The notes: a model not told the origin generated them from the letters alone. Positions 52,989 through 64,000 are shown, numbered from the stretch's first letter. The stretch is DNA of 64,000 bases from an uncultured Candidatus Rokubacteria bacterium (GCA_963758635.1 CAVWWD010000004.1:224001-288000), one strand, 5' to 3'. Made by a program: numbers and translations.

Positions 52989-53657
52989 CTACGGGGCACC
53001 ATCGGTGGCCCGCCGCAGCCGGCGAAGCTGCAAGAACGCAACCACGTGGAGAATGGTCCACAGCGGCACCGCGAACGTTGGCACCAGACTCAGCGGCAGT
53101 GCGCCCAGCGACGCCTGAGCCGTCCCCCCGGCGAGCAGCCCGAGCGCCGGGTTGCTGGTCAGCACGCCGGTCCCGACGGCGCCCACGAAGTCCGCGATGC
53201 CGGCCACGTTGAGCCACCATACCTGGCTGCGCCACGTCGGCGCGTTGCGGAGCATGGCGCGAAGCACGAGCACCGCGGCCACCCCCACCGCGATGTCTCC
53301 GGCGCCGGCGGGCCAGGCGAACGCACCGGGAAGGAGGCCGAACGCGTAGAGGGCCAGGAACATCCCGCCGAGGACGCGCCAGGCTTGCATCGCGGTGACC
53401 AGGCGCAGGTCGAGGCCCAGGGCGTAGGCACGCACGTCGGGCACGGTACGGTATGCGAGCACGAACAGCAGCACGGGCGCGAGGACCGCGACCAGGACGG
53501 GCAGCGGCTGATTCCCCGGCGCGGATTCGAAGACACCCTCGGCGCCGAGGACGAGCACGATGAGGAACCAGACGGCCAGGATGGCGGCCACGAGCGGGAA
53601 GAGATTTCGCTCGGCCGTGCTCGTATCGGGCAGTGCGGCATCGGTGCGGATGGCCAT
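52989..53657 (-). CDS. Hypothetical integral membrane protein
   Basis: About 6 TM helices; QAWR, FAWPAGAGD and PLSLVPTFAVP motifs; GGAGG RBS. Confidence 0.75.
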   Translation of the reverse strand: MAIRTDAALPDTSTAERNLFPLVAAILAVWFLIVLVLGAEGVFESAPGNQPLPVLVAVLAPVLLFVLAYRTVPDVRAYALGLDLRLVTAMQAWRVLGGMFLALYAFGLLPGAFAWPAGAGDIAVGVAAVLVLRAMLRNAPTWRSQVWWLNVAGIADFVGAVGTGVLTSNPALGLLAGGTAQASLGALPLSLVPTFAVPLWTILHVVAFLQLRRLRRATDGAP

Positions 53658-53729
53658 GGTGCACCTCCAGCTTTGCCCATTGCGACGCCGGAGGCCGAGG
53701 CGACGATTCGAGCGCGCGTGTCGAGGATC

Positions 53730-54161
53730 CTACGGTTCGGGCCGCGGAGCATCGTCTTCCAGCCGCCACGCCAGCAGGTTCAGCAGGTCCTCCTCCACGA
53801 GGAGGCCGACCAGCTCGTCGCCACGCACCACGGGCAGCGCCGTCAGCCGATGCGCGCGCATCAGGCGCAGGGCATCGGCGAGTGGGGTGCGGGGGCCCAC
53901 GGCGACCACCCGAGCATCCAGCACGCTCTCCACGCTCGTCTCGTCCAGCCGGCCGGCGATCTCGCCCACCGACAGCGTCGTGGCCACGGAAGGCCACGCC
54001 GCGGCCAGGTCGGCCTCGGAGAGGAGGCCCGCGAGCACGCTCCCGCGGGTGACGGGCAAAGTGCCCACGCCTTGCTGCGCGAGTACGAGCGCGGCACGGG
54101 CGACGCTGTCCGCGGGCCGGAGCCTCCGCGGCGTCCGGCGCATGACGTCCGCGGCCCTCAT
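53730..54161 (-). CDS. CBS domain protein
   Basis: Two CBS units (LPVTRG..LAGLLSEADL; LPVVRGDELVGLL). Confidence 0.85.
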   Translation of the reverse strand: MRAADVMRRTPRRLRPADSVARAALVLAQQGVGTLPVTRGSVLAGLLSEADLAAAWPSVATTLSVGEIAGRLDETSVESVLDARVVAVGPRTPLADALRLMRAHRLTALPVVRGDELVGLLVEEDLLNLLAWRLEDDAPRPEP

Positions 54162-55046
54162 CGTCCGCGGTCCTCATCGCGGGACACCGCGGGGGGGCCG
54201 GCTGGCACGGCGAGGACCGGACACGGCGCGAGGGGAAGGAGCTCCGCGGCCACCGAGGTCTCCAGCAACGAGAACGGCCAGCGTGAGTCCGCGCGGCCCA
54301 CCACGATCAGGTCCGCGTCCAGCTCGGTGGCGCGCCGGGCGAGCGCGGCCGCGATCACGCCCTCGCCGACCTCGAAGGTGATCCGCACGCCCGTCCCGGC
54401 CGGCGCCACCGCGTCGACCTCGTCGGCCATGCATCGGCGCGCCCGCTCCGCCCACACGATGGGCTCTGCCGCCGCGCCCTCGAGGCGGGCGAGCCAGGGG
54501 CTGGTGTCTCGCACGTGGAGCACGGTGAGCTTGGCGTCGGACACGGTCGCGAGCCGCACCGCCTCGGCGAGCGCGCGCCCGGAGCCGGCGCGAAGGCTCG
54601 CGCCCACCAGCAGGTGACCGAGCCCGGTTGCCTCCCGGCGCTCGAGCGTCCCGCGCAGCACCGCGAGCAGGTCGGCCCGGGTCACGACGCCGGCGACCTC
54701 GCCTCCCTCGGTGATCACCAGCGCATCGGCGCGCCGCGCGCGCGCGAGCCGGGCGGCGAGGGCTACCAACGTCTCCGGCGGGCAGCGCCACCATGTCCCG
54801 CGACATGACGTGGGCTACCGTCTCCGTGGCGGCCAGCTCGGCCAGATCGTACGCGCGGATCGAGGGCACGCTCGAAGGGCCGGCCCGCCGGAGGTCACGT
54901 TCGGAGAGCATGCCGACGGGCACGCGGCCGCGCACCACGGGCAAATGCCGGATGCCGTGCCGCCGCATCGTGCGCCATGCCTCATCGACGGACATCTCCT
55001 CGACGGCCGTGATGGGCGGTCTCCTCAGAAGTGTCTTGAGCTGCAT
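54158..55046 (-). CDS. CBS-domain plus universal stress protein fusion; frameshift near 54770
   Basis: IRHLPVV...GMLSERDL and GVVTRADL (CBS); LTVLHV, ADLIVVG and APCPVLAV (USP). Confidence 0.85.
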
Positions 55047-55058
55047 CGGGGGCCCCTT

Positions 55059-55484
55059 CTATGCGGATCGCCGGCACCCGAGCCCGATCGCGAGCACCGG
55101 GACGGCGGTATGCCGGAGGACGCGCCGGACGGCGCCGACGTGACCGGCGCTGGTCACGACGAGATCGGCGGACAGCTGCGCCACGGCGGTCGCGATCGCC
55201 GCGCGCGCCGCTCCGAACTGGATGTGGGTCACGACCCGCCGCCCGTCCTCGCGCAGGACGGCGGCGATGGGTTCCAGATACGACAGGACCCGTGCGCGCG
55301 CGGCGTCCTCGAGCTGGTCGGCGAAGGCGACGACACGCCCCCCGGCCTGGACCATCGCCGCGGCCGGGCACACGCACAGCAGGTGCACGACGCTGTCGGA
55401 GCCGCCGGCCAGATACCGCACCCAGCCGAGCGCCTGCTCGCCTCGCGCCGTCTCGTCCAGAAGCACGACGATACGCTCGTACAT
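55059..55484 (-). CDS. Universal stress protein
   Basis: MYERIVVLLD, ADLVV and VLRHTAVPVL motifs. Confidence 0.85.
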   Translation of the reverse strand: MYERIVVLLDETARGEQALGWVRYLAGGSDSVVHLLCVCPAAAMVQAGGRVVAFADQLEDAARARVLSYLEPIAAVLREDGRRVVTHIQFGAARAAIATAVAQLSADLVVTSAGHVGAVRRVLRHTAVPVLAIGLGCRRSA

Positions 55485-55744
55485 GACAGCTCCCACCGTA
55501 CCCGCGCGACGTTTCGCGGCCGTCGCCGCGCGGATACGCTTGCATGACGACGAAGGAGTGCCCCGTCGCGATTGACACCAACGATGGACGCTCCGGGTCC
55601 AACGTGCGCGGGCCGCGTCAGCGCGACGACACCGGCACAACGCCGCGCCTACGTAGGAGTGGACGCCCGGCTACGCTAGGCGGATTCCGGCATGGACGTG
55701 ACCGTCTCACTTCTTCACACGAATCGCAACGAGGGGTCATCAGC

Positions 55745-55778
55745 GTTTCACGATGAAACGCGCGTTCCGTCTCGGAAC
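55745..55778. promoter_or_regulatory. Tandem dyads GTTYC-N5-GRAAC, candidate NtrC-family enhancer sites
   Basis: GTTTCACGATGAAAC (55745-55759) and GTTCCGTCTCGGAAC (55764-55778); both have perfectly complementary arms. Confidence 0.6.
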
Positions 55779-55821
55779 GGCGCGCACCGCGCGCCCGGCA
55801 GGGAAATCGGAGGCATCGCGC

Positions 55822-55837
55822 TGGCAAGGATCTTGCC
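55822..55837 (+). promoter_or_regulatory. Candidate sigma-54 (-24/-12) promoter
   Basis: TGGCAAG-GATC-TTGC upstream of the kinase ATG (55876). Confidence 0.55.
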
Positions 55838-55875
55838 CCTACCGGTAGAATCATCGAAGGCAGCCTGCGCACCCC

Positions 55876-57588
55876 ATGCCCATCTCGAAGACGCTGGTCC
55901 TGGTCTCGGCGCTGACCCTCACCATCCAGTTCCTGATCTTTGTCGTACCTCTACTCGTCGCACCGCGTGCGGTTCTTCCGATACCTGCTGCGTGGCGTGG
56001 GGGCTCATGAGCCTCGCCAAGGGCCTGCACGCTCGGACAGATCCTCGCTCCCGCGTCTCGAGATCCTGGGTAGCGCTGATCAATGCTGCCTTCGTCGTGC
56101 GCCACCCTCCTCGTGCTGGCGGGCGGGCTGGCCTTCCGGTTCGACTACCACGATCCGGTGGCGCGACGCCGCGCTCGGCGCGTGTGGCCGCGCTGGGCGC
56201 AACTTGGGCCTCGGGTGACCTGTCCGATGCCGGCACGGCCGGCGCGGAGCGTGGCCGGGCTCGTGCACGGGGAGCATCCAGCTCCTGGCCGGCCACGCAG
56301 TTCTGGCCGCGACCGCTGCGGCCCCGGCTATCGCGGCGCCTGCTTCCTCGCCACCTGCGCCTGGCCCTCTGGGGGCGTGCACCGGATGGTGTCGCCGCTA
56401 CGACGCCGGCCGAGCCGGGCACGGCGGCGCATCTGGCGATGCATCTCGCGCTTCATGCTGTTCTACTTCCTCTCCACCTTCGCGATCATCATCATGGTGC
56501 TCGACCGCGCCCGCAGCGAGACGCGCCGCGCTCAAGGAGTTCAACGAGCGTCTGGTGGATGGCCTCGGCGAGGGCCTCCAGCTCGTCGACGGCGACTTCC
56601 GGATCCGCCACGCCAACCGCTGGATGCAGGATCAGCTTCGGGCCCGTGGTGGGCGGTCGGTGCTACGAGGTGCTGACCGCGGCCAGCGCAAGCCCGTGTC
56701 CGGGGTGTCCGCTGCGCGCGCCGGAACGAGATGGCGAGCCGGAGCGCCTCGAGACCGCCGGGCCCCGGAGATCGCCGCTTCTCGCTCTGAGCTGCGCCCC
56801 GGTGCGCCAGCCCGACGGCGAGGTCTTCCTGCTCGAGCTCGTCGCCGACGTGACGGAGCAGGAGCGCCTGCAGCGCCCGCCTCACCGAGGCCGAGCGCCT
56901 GGCCGCGGCCGGTGAGCTGGCCGCCGGGGTCGCGCACGAGATCCGTAATCCGCTGGCCGCGATCGTGAACGCCACGACGCTGCTCGCGCGCCGAGGAGAC
57001 GCTGACGCGCCGAGGAGCGGGCGGAGCACGCTCGGCCGCCATCAAGAAGGAGGCGCGACGGCTCAACCGCATCCTCTCCGACTTCCTCCTCTTCGCGCGC
57101 CCGACCGACGCCCAGGCTCGCTCGAGGGCGACGTGCGCGAGCCGTCGTGGACCACGTGGCCGGGCTGATCCGGGAGGATACCGGCCCGGGCGCGAGCGCG
57201 TGGAGCTGTCGGACGTGCGGGTGCACCCTGGTGCTCCTCGCGTGTGCCCTACGACGCGGACCAGATGACGCAGGTCCTGTGCAACATCGCCCTCAACGGG
57301 GTCGGAGGCGATGGACGGGCCACGGCCGCCTGGACATCGACGGTGGCCCGGAGAACGGCGCGACGGTGGCCGTGGCCGTCGCCGACACCGGCCGTGGGAT
57401 CCCGATGGAGGAGCGCCGGCGGGTCTTCGAGCCCTTCTACTCGCGCAAGCGTGGCAGGCAGCGGGCCTCGGGCTCACGATCGCTCGCCGCATCGTTGGCC
57501 GCGCACGGCGGACGGATCGACGTGGAGTCGACGGCCGGCCACGGCTCGCTGCTTCACCGTGGTGCTGCCCATCGACGCGGCGGCGTGA
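55876..57588 (+). CDS. Membrane sensor histidine kinase (TM, PAS-like, HisKA, HATPase); heavily frameshifted
   Basis: Fragments VDGLGEGLQLVD, CYEVL...PCPGCP, LAAGVAHEIRNPL, QVLCNIALN, DTGRGIP and FEPFYS. Confidence 0.8.
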
Positions 57589-57589
57589 G

Positions 57590-58951
57590 ATGGCGTCGAT
57601 CCTCATCGTCGACGACGAGGCGTCGGCGCGGACGCACGCTCGCCCTGCTGCTCCGCAAGCGCCACCATCGGGTGACGGAGGCCGACGGCGTGACGGCCGG
57701 CGGTGAAGGCGCTCGTCGACGAGGTCTTCGAGGTGGTCGTGACGCGATCTGCGCATGCCGGACGGAGATGGGCTGGACGTGCTACGCGCGAGCCGCGCCC
57801 ACTGCCCGGACGCCGACGTGATCCTCCTCACCGCGTATGCGGGTTGGGAGTCCGCCAAGGAGGCCATCCAGCTCGGCGCCGTGCGACTACTTCGAGAAGG
57901 GCCGGGAGCCCGACGAGTTGCTTCCACCGGATCGACCGGGCGCTCGGCCGAGAACGCCCTTCGGCGAGAGAACGAGAACCTCCGCGCGCAGGTTCGGGAC
58001 CGGTACTCGGCCTGCCCGGCCTGCTCGCCGGCTCGGCGCGGATGGCGCAGGTGGTGGACGTGGTGCGGCGGGTCGCGCCCACCGAGCGCCACCGTGCTCA
58101 TCCAGGGCGAGTCGGGGACGGGCAAGGAGGTCATCGCCAAGGCCCTCCATCACGCCAGCGCGCGCGCCGTGCGGACCCTTCGTCGCGGTCAACTGTGGCG
58201 CCCTGCCCGGAGACGCTCCTCGAGTCCGAGTTGTTCGGCCACGCGCGCGGAGCCTTCACCGGCGCGAGCGCGCACCGGCGCGGCCTGTTCGAGGAAGCCG
58301 ACGGCGGCACGCTCCTGCTCGACGAGATCGGCGAGATGCCGCCCAGCGCTCCAGGTGAAGCTGCTGCGCGTCGCTGCAGAGCGGCGAGATCCGTCCCCTC
58401 GGCTCCACGCGAGACGATCACGGTGGACGTGCGTGTGGTGGCCGCCACGAACCGCGACATCGAGCAGCTGATGCGCGAGGGCAGCTTCCGGGAGGACCTC
58501 TACTACCGGCTCAACGTGATCCCGGTCGTGCTCCCGCCGCTGCGCGAGCGGCGCGAGGACGTGCCGCTCCTCGCCGAGCACTTCCTGGAGCGCGCCGCCC
58601 AGCGAGCGGGTCGACGTCTCCGGCCTGGCCCCGGCCGCCGTGGAGCGGCTGCTCCGCTATCCCTGGCCCGGCAACGTGCGTGAGCTGGAGAACGCGATCG
58701 AACGCACGGCGATCCTCGCCCAGCGGGACGTTATCGAGCCCGACGACCTTCCGCCCCACGTGACGGGCGCCCTGGTGCTCGGGCTCGCGCCGGGGCTCGC
58801 GCGCGAGCACACCCTGGCCGATGCGGAGCGCTCGCACATTGTGCAGACGCTCGAGCGCTGCGGCTGGAACCATTCGCGCGCGGCCGACGTGCTGGGAATC
58901 GGCCGCACGACCCTCTGGCGGAAGCTCAAGGAGTACGGGATCGACCGGTAG
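57590..58951 (+). CDS. Sigma-54-dependent response regulator (NtrC/AtoC family); frameshifted
   Basis: ILIVDDE receiver; [39 protein letters not shown] and [10 protein letters not shown] motifs; Fis HTH. Confidence 0.9.
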
Positions 58952-58967
58952 CGCCCCGTCCGATCTG

Positions 58968-59002
58968 GTTCCAGAACGGAACGCGACGCTCCGATCTGGA
59001 AC
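58968..59002. promoter_or_regulatory. Second pair of GTTCC-N5-GGAAC dyads
   Basis: GTTCCAGAACGGAAC (58968-58982) and GCTCCGATCTGGAAC (58988-59002), followed by an imperfect -24/-12 site TGGCATCGTTCGTGAA (59067-59082). Confidence 0.55.
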
Positions 59003-59095
59003 GACCGACGGCCCGCGGCAAGCGTGCCCGCGCCACCGATTCGCGAGGTTCGCCGAAGGCCGGTGGTGGCATCGTTCGTGAACTCCTCCCGGGGC

Positions 59096-60076
59096 ATGGC
59101 AGCGATCCTGATCGTCGACGACGAGCCCTCCGCCCGCCTCACCCTCGGCCTGCTGCTCCGCCATCGCGGTCACAGGGTCCACGAGGCCGACTCGGTCGAG
59201 GCGGCGACGCGGGCCCTCGGCCGCGAGACCTATGACGTTGTCGTCACCGACCTCCGGATGCCCGACGGTCTCGGGCTCGATGTGCTGCGGACGACGAAGG
59301 CGCGCGACCCCGAGGCCAGCGTTGTCCTGCTCACCGCGCACCCGGGATGGGAGACCGCCAAGGAAGCCATGCGGCTCGGCGCGTTCGACTACTTCGAGAA
59401 GGGCCAAGAGCCCGACGGGCTGTTCCAGCTGATCGATCGTGCGCTGGCCGAGCAGGCACGCCGCCGGCAGGTGGCGGTGCCGGTCCCGTCAGGTGGCGGC
59501 GAGCGCCGTCACCTGACCGTGCTCTTCGCAGACATGCGCGGCTCCATGGAGCTCCTCGCGAGCGACGACCTCGAGGAGGCGCGCCGGGTGCTCGACGACG
59601 TGATCGAGCAGATGATGGAGTGCGTGCACGGTGCGGGCGGCACGGTGAACCAAGTCATGGGCGACGGCATCATGGCGCTCTTCGGGGCGCCCGTGAGCTG
59701 CCCGGATCACGCCGTGCGCGCTTGCCGCGCCGCCCTCCGGATGCAGGAGGCGGTGGCCCGCTACGCCGCCGGCTTGCGCCGGCGCCACGGGCGTGGCGTC
59801 CAGATCCGCGTGGGCATCAACTCTGGCGAGGCCATTGTGCGGTCGGTCGGCAGCGACCTCCGCTGGGACTACAGCGCGGTCGGCCCCTCGATCCACATCG
59901 GAGCGCGCATGGAGCAGCTCGCGTTCCCCGGCACCACCGTGCTCACCGCGGCGACCCTGGCCCTCGCGGGGGACGAGGTCGAGGTCAGGCCGCTGGGCCG
60001 GATCCCGGTGAAGGGGCTGCCGGACGGGCTCGAGGCATACGAGCTCGTGGGCGTTCGCTCGGCGGTGGTGGTGTGA
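59096..60076 (+). CDS. Response-regulator receiver fused to a class III adenylate/guanylate cyclase
   Basis: ILIVDDE...TDLRMP...YFEK receiver; LFADMRGS, GDGIMALFGAP, RVGINSG and VKG cyclase motifs. Confidence 0.92.
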   Translation: MAAILIVDDEPSARLTLGLLLRHRGHRVHEADSVEAATRALGRETYDVVVTDLRMPDGLGLDVLRTTKARDPEASVVLLTAHPGWETAKEAMRLGAFDYFEKGQEPDGLFQLIDRALAEQARRRQVAVPVPSGGGERRHLTVLFADMRGSMELLASDDLEEARRVLDDVIEQMMECVHGAGGTVNQVMGDGIMALFGAPVSCPDHAVRACRAALRMQEAVARYAAGLRRRHGRGVQIRVGINSGEAIVRSVGSDLRWDYSAVGPSIHIGARMEQLAFPGTTVLTAATLALAGDEVEVRPLGRIPVKGLPDGLEAYELVGVRSAVVV

Positions 60077-60119
60077 CCGGAGTCACGACCGGGATCACCG
60101 CCGTTAACGCCGGCCCGTG

Positions 60120-60534
60120 CCGACCACCCGCGGATCCTCGAGCCCAGGCGGGCCCTGGAGGTGGCGAGCGACGACGTCCACCGCGTGCGCCCCTGGTTCG
60201 CGGGGCGGCTGGACTTCGCGCCGATCGTGACCTTCGGCGGCGACGGGGAGTTCCCGCTGCGCGGGGGAGCCGTCGAGCGCTTCCTGGACCGGCGCGCGCG
60301 GCCGTCTTCGTGTACGGGCGGCGCCTGCACACCGTCTCGCTGCTCGTCTTCCGCGCGGACGGACTGCCCGGCGGGGACGGCGCCGTGTCGCCGCCGACCC
60401 TGCTCACCCTTCGGGGGTTCAACGTGATCCTGTGGCGCGCCGGCGACCTCGGCTACGCGCTCGTGTCGGACCTCAATGCGGATGAGCTGCGCACACTTGC
60501 CCGCCGCCTGGAGGCGCCGGCCTCCCCGTCATGA
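60120..60534 (+). pseudogene. C-terminal fragment of a transmembrane anti-sigma factor
   Basis: SDDVHRVRPWFAGRLDFAP, FPLRGG, VYGRRLHTVSLLVF, GFNVILW and YALVSDL motifs; no N-terminal Zn-finger or TM segment and no adjacent ECF sigma. Confidence 0.7.
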
Positions 60535-60668
60535 CGCGGAGCTGAAGGTCCACGGACCCTTCCACCACGGCCGCCCGCTTGCCGGCCACTTTCATGATCT
60601 CCGTCCTCGCGCGGAGGGGATCGTGCGCCACCACCTCCGCGAAGTTTCGGGTTTTGCGCTCTTCCTGT

Positions 60669-61259
60669 TTACCGCTTCGCGTACTCCGTGAAAACGTAGT
60701 CTCTTGTCTTCACTATCGTGTGGCACGCGACCCCGCACTTCGCGTCGTTCGCCTGCGGCGGCTGGTGAGTCAGAGTGCCGGGCTTGTACATGTCGGACGC
60801 GGCGTCATAGACGAACACCGCATATCCCCATCCGCCGCCGTCCGCGAACCTCTTGCTGTCCTTGACGCATGAAGTCGAGGTCATACACAGGACCCGGCAC
60901 CCTTACGTCGTAGGGGGCATTGGTGCTCTTCTTCGGTCTCCACTCGACCTTCGCCATCTTGGCGCCATCGGGGACGGGCTTGCCGTTGCCGGGAATGCCG
61001 GCCCGATAGGCGCTACATCATCACGGGATTGGCGACAACGACCTTGATCAGGTCTTCGGTGTGGTGAACGGCGACAACCGCCCAGTCTTCGTATCCCCTG
61101 AACTCCGAGAACGCGAGCCCACCCGGCACTGTCAAGCTGTACTTATCCTGCGCGAGAATAGGCCGCGCCACCCACGACCGCGAGCGCCAACGTCGCAGTC
61201 GCAATCGTCAGCATCGTTGTGCGCTTCATCGCCAGCAACTCCTTGATGAGCATGGTCAT
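60669..61259 (-). CDS. Cytochrome P460 family protein; several frameshifts
   Basis: Fragments FSEFRGYEDWAVV, GIPGNGKPVPDGAKMAKVEW, VKDSKRFADGGGWGYA and KCGVACHT...DYVFT; signal-like start with AAGGAG RBS. Confidence 0.8.
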
Positions 61260-61597
61260 TGCAGTCTCTCCTTTCGAGCCTCGCTGCGCTTGTGGGGATC
61301 AATGCAGTTCCGAAGAGAGGCCGCGGACAGGCGCCGGTGGAGCGCGAGGGAGCTCGACGCCGTCGCTTCCCGCCCTGCGGTTCGCCATCGTCGGCCTCCA
61401 TGTCGTGGACGACGTTCTCGGTGACTCGTCAGGGACACCGTACTCGGCGCGAGTCTGATGAGTCCTTGCCGCGGCCTGAATCGTTCTGGGCGGGCGCTGA
61501 TGGTGCGTCAGATCTGGGTGATGGACCGTCACAACGAGTTCGGCTGTTCTGAATCGCCCTGAAGAGTCCTGAAACGCCGCTGTACAATTCGAATGAT

Positions 61598-64000
61598 ATG
61601 ACCGGCGAGCGCGACCCCTTTGCGGTCCTGGAGTTTGGCCGCTTCAAGGTCGTGCCTCATCGCCGGGAGCTGCTGGCCGAAGGAAAGGCCATCGCGCTGG
61701 GTGGTCGCGCCTTCGACACGCTGATCGCCCTGATCGACGCGGGCGGCTCCGTCATCGACAAGGACGCCCTGATGCGCCGGGTCTGGCCCGACCGGATCGT
61801 GGAGGAGAACAACCTCCAGGCTCAGATCTCCGCGTTGCGTAAGGCGCTCGGCGCCGATCGCGAGTTAATCCGAACGGTCGCGGGGCGCGGCTACCAGTTC
61901 GCTGGTGAGATTCGCGGCGCCGCGGAGACGCCGGCCGCTGCCGGCGTCGAACTTGCCCGAACCCGTCTCCGATCTGATCGGCCGGGATGCTGCGCTCCGT
62001 GAGGTCGTGAATCTCGTCACGGGCCACCGCCTGGTGACCCTGACCGGTGCGGGGGGCATCGGCAAGACCCGGTTGGGTCTCGAAGTCGCGCGTCAGCTGC
62101 TGCCGAGGTTCGCCGACGGCGCGGGACTGGCGGAGCTGGGACCGCTGACCGATCCGCAGCTCGTCCCGGTGACCGTCGCCATCGCGCTGCGCCTCACGTC
62201 CCTCGCCGGCGACGTCTCGATCGAAGGCGTCGCGGCGGCGGTGGCCGGCCAGGCGTGTTCTCGTGGTGCTCGACAATTGTGAGCACCTGATCGACGCGGC
62301 CGCCGCACATGGCCGAGGCTCTGCTGCGCGCCAGCCCCGGCGTGTGCGTCGTGACGACGAGCCGTGAGCCGCTGCGAGCGGCCGGCGGAGTACGTCTACC
62401 GCGTGCCGCCGCTCGACGTCCCGGCCGAAGAGAATCTCGACGCGGACGACGTGCTGCGACACGGCGCGGTCAAGCTCTTCGTGGCGCGCGCCCAGGCGGC
62501 TGGAGCCACGCTACGTGCCCGATCGACGGCTGGCGTCGGCGACCGCAGCCATCTGTCGCCACCTCGACGGGATCCCGCTGGCCATCGAGCTCGCCGCCGC
62601 TCGTATCGCGGCATTCGGCGTGGAAGGGGTTGCGTCACGGCTCGACGATCGCTTCCGCCTCCTCACCGGCGGCAGCCGCACCGCGCTCCCGCGGCAGCAA
62701 ACGCTGCGGGCGACACTGGACTGGAGTCATGAGCTCCTCTCCGAGCCTGAGCGCGTCCTTCTGCGGCGCCTTTCGGTCCTGGCGGGAAGCTTCACGCTCC
62801 AAGAGCTCGTCGCGATCGCGGCGGGCCCGGAGCTCGGCGCGCGGCAACGTCGTGGAATGCGTGGCGAACCTCGTCGCAAAGTCGCTCATCTCGGTCGATC
62901 TGAGCGCTGCCGTCACGTGGTATCGCCTGCTCGAGACGACGCGAGCGTACGCGCGCGAGAAGCTCGAGGAGAGCGGGGAGGTCGAGCGCTTCAGCCGGCG
63001 CCACGCGGAGTATGTCCGGGATCTGTTCGAGCGCGCCAATACGGAGTGGCGGGATCAGCTGACCGCCGAGTGGCTGGCGACGTACGGGCCGGAGCTGGAT
63101 GATCTACGCGCGGCGCTCGATTGGGCGTTCGCTCCGGAGGGCGATGTGGCTATCGGTGTCGCGCTGAACGATCGCGGCCGTGCCGCTGTGGTTCCAGCTG
63201 TCACTGCTCGGCGAGTGTCGCGCGCGTGTCGAGCGCGCGCTCGCGACGCTGACGACGATGATGGATCGCGACGCGCATGGCGAGCTGCAGCTGCAGGCCG
63301 CGCTCGGCTGGTCGCTCATGTACACGACGGGACGTGCGCGCGAGACGGAGGAAGCGTGGGCCACGCGCGCTGGAGCTGGCGGAGCGACTTGAGGATACCG
63401 ACTATCAGCTGCGCGCATTGTGGGGACTCTGGGCCGTACACGTCAACAACGGAGCGTTCCGCCAGGCCCTGCAGCTGGCTGAGCAGTTCGGTGTGGTGGC
63501 GACAACGGCGCGCGACCCCGCGGTTCCGCTCATCGGCGAACGGATGCTCGGCGCGACGCTGCACTTCCTCGGCGAGCAGAATCGAGCACGCAACCACCTC
63601 GAACGCATGCTCGAACACTATCTCGGTCCACCGAACAGGTCGGACATCGTACGCTTCAAGTTCGACCAGCGAGTCACCGCCCGAATGACCTTGGCGCGGG
63701 TCCTCTGGCTCCAGGGATTCGCCGACCAGGCGATGCGAACGGTCCAGCGCGCCGTCGACGACGCGCTCTCGATCCAGCACGCGCTGTCGCTGTGCAATGT
63801 GTTGGGTTCGGCGGCATGCCCGCTGGCGATCGCGAGCGGCGACCTTGTGGCGGCGGAACGCTACGCCGCGATGCTGACCCATCACGCCGGGCGCCACGGG
63901 GCCGACGTGTGGCTGACGTACGGTCGCTGCCTCAAGGGCATGGTGCTGATCAAGCGCGACGAGTTCAACGTCGGCGTGCCAATGCTCAGGGCCGCCGTCG
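61598..64000 (+). CDS. Winged-helix (OmpR-type) plus NB-ARC-like ATPase and TPR regulator; frameshifted and runs out of the window
   Basis: FGRF, VEENNLQAQISALRKALG, TVAGRGY, LTGAGGIGKT, LDNCEH, TSREPL, LDGIPLAIELAA, RQQTLRATLDWS and YRLLETTR motifs. Confidence 0.9.

Overview
High-GC bacterial chromosomal window, mostly metabolic and signalling genes. Gene families and codon style suggest a Rokubacteria/Methylomirabilota-like organism (inference only). Many genes carry single-base frameshifts, densest at about 44.3-46.0 kb and 55.9-63.4 kb. These look like long-read assembly indels, so the affected coordinates are reconstructions. The standout feature, split by the ORF track, is a DCC1/DUF393 thiol-disulfide oxidoreductase (18154-18549) in which both Cys of the DGxCxxC motif are in-frame TGA codons (DGA-U-DL-U). 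A G-loop hairpin follows immediately, making it a candidate two-selenocysteine (UxxU) protein, co-oriented with an HTTM-like membrane gene. Other notable items: a class II ribonucleotide reductase with a LAGLIDADG intein at the catalytic Cys and tandem NrdR boxes; three class III nucleotide cyclases with non-canonical catalytic residues; a sigma-54 two-component locus with a duplicated receiver domain fused to a cyclase and visible candidate enhancer dyads; an ISKra4 remnant; several small dispersed repeat or MITE-like elements; a structured intergenic region with a 17-codon ORF; several apparently leaderless genes; and a cytochrome P460-family gene with a CX3CH motif. No CRISPR array, rRNA or tRNA was recognised.
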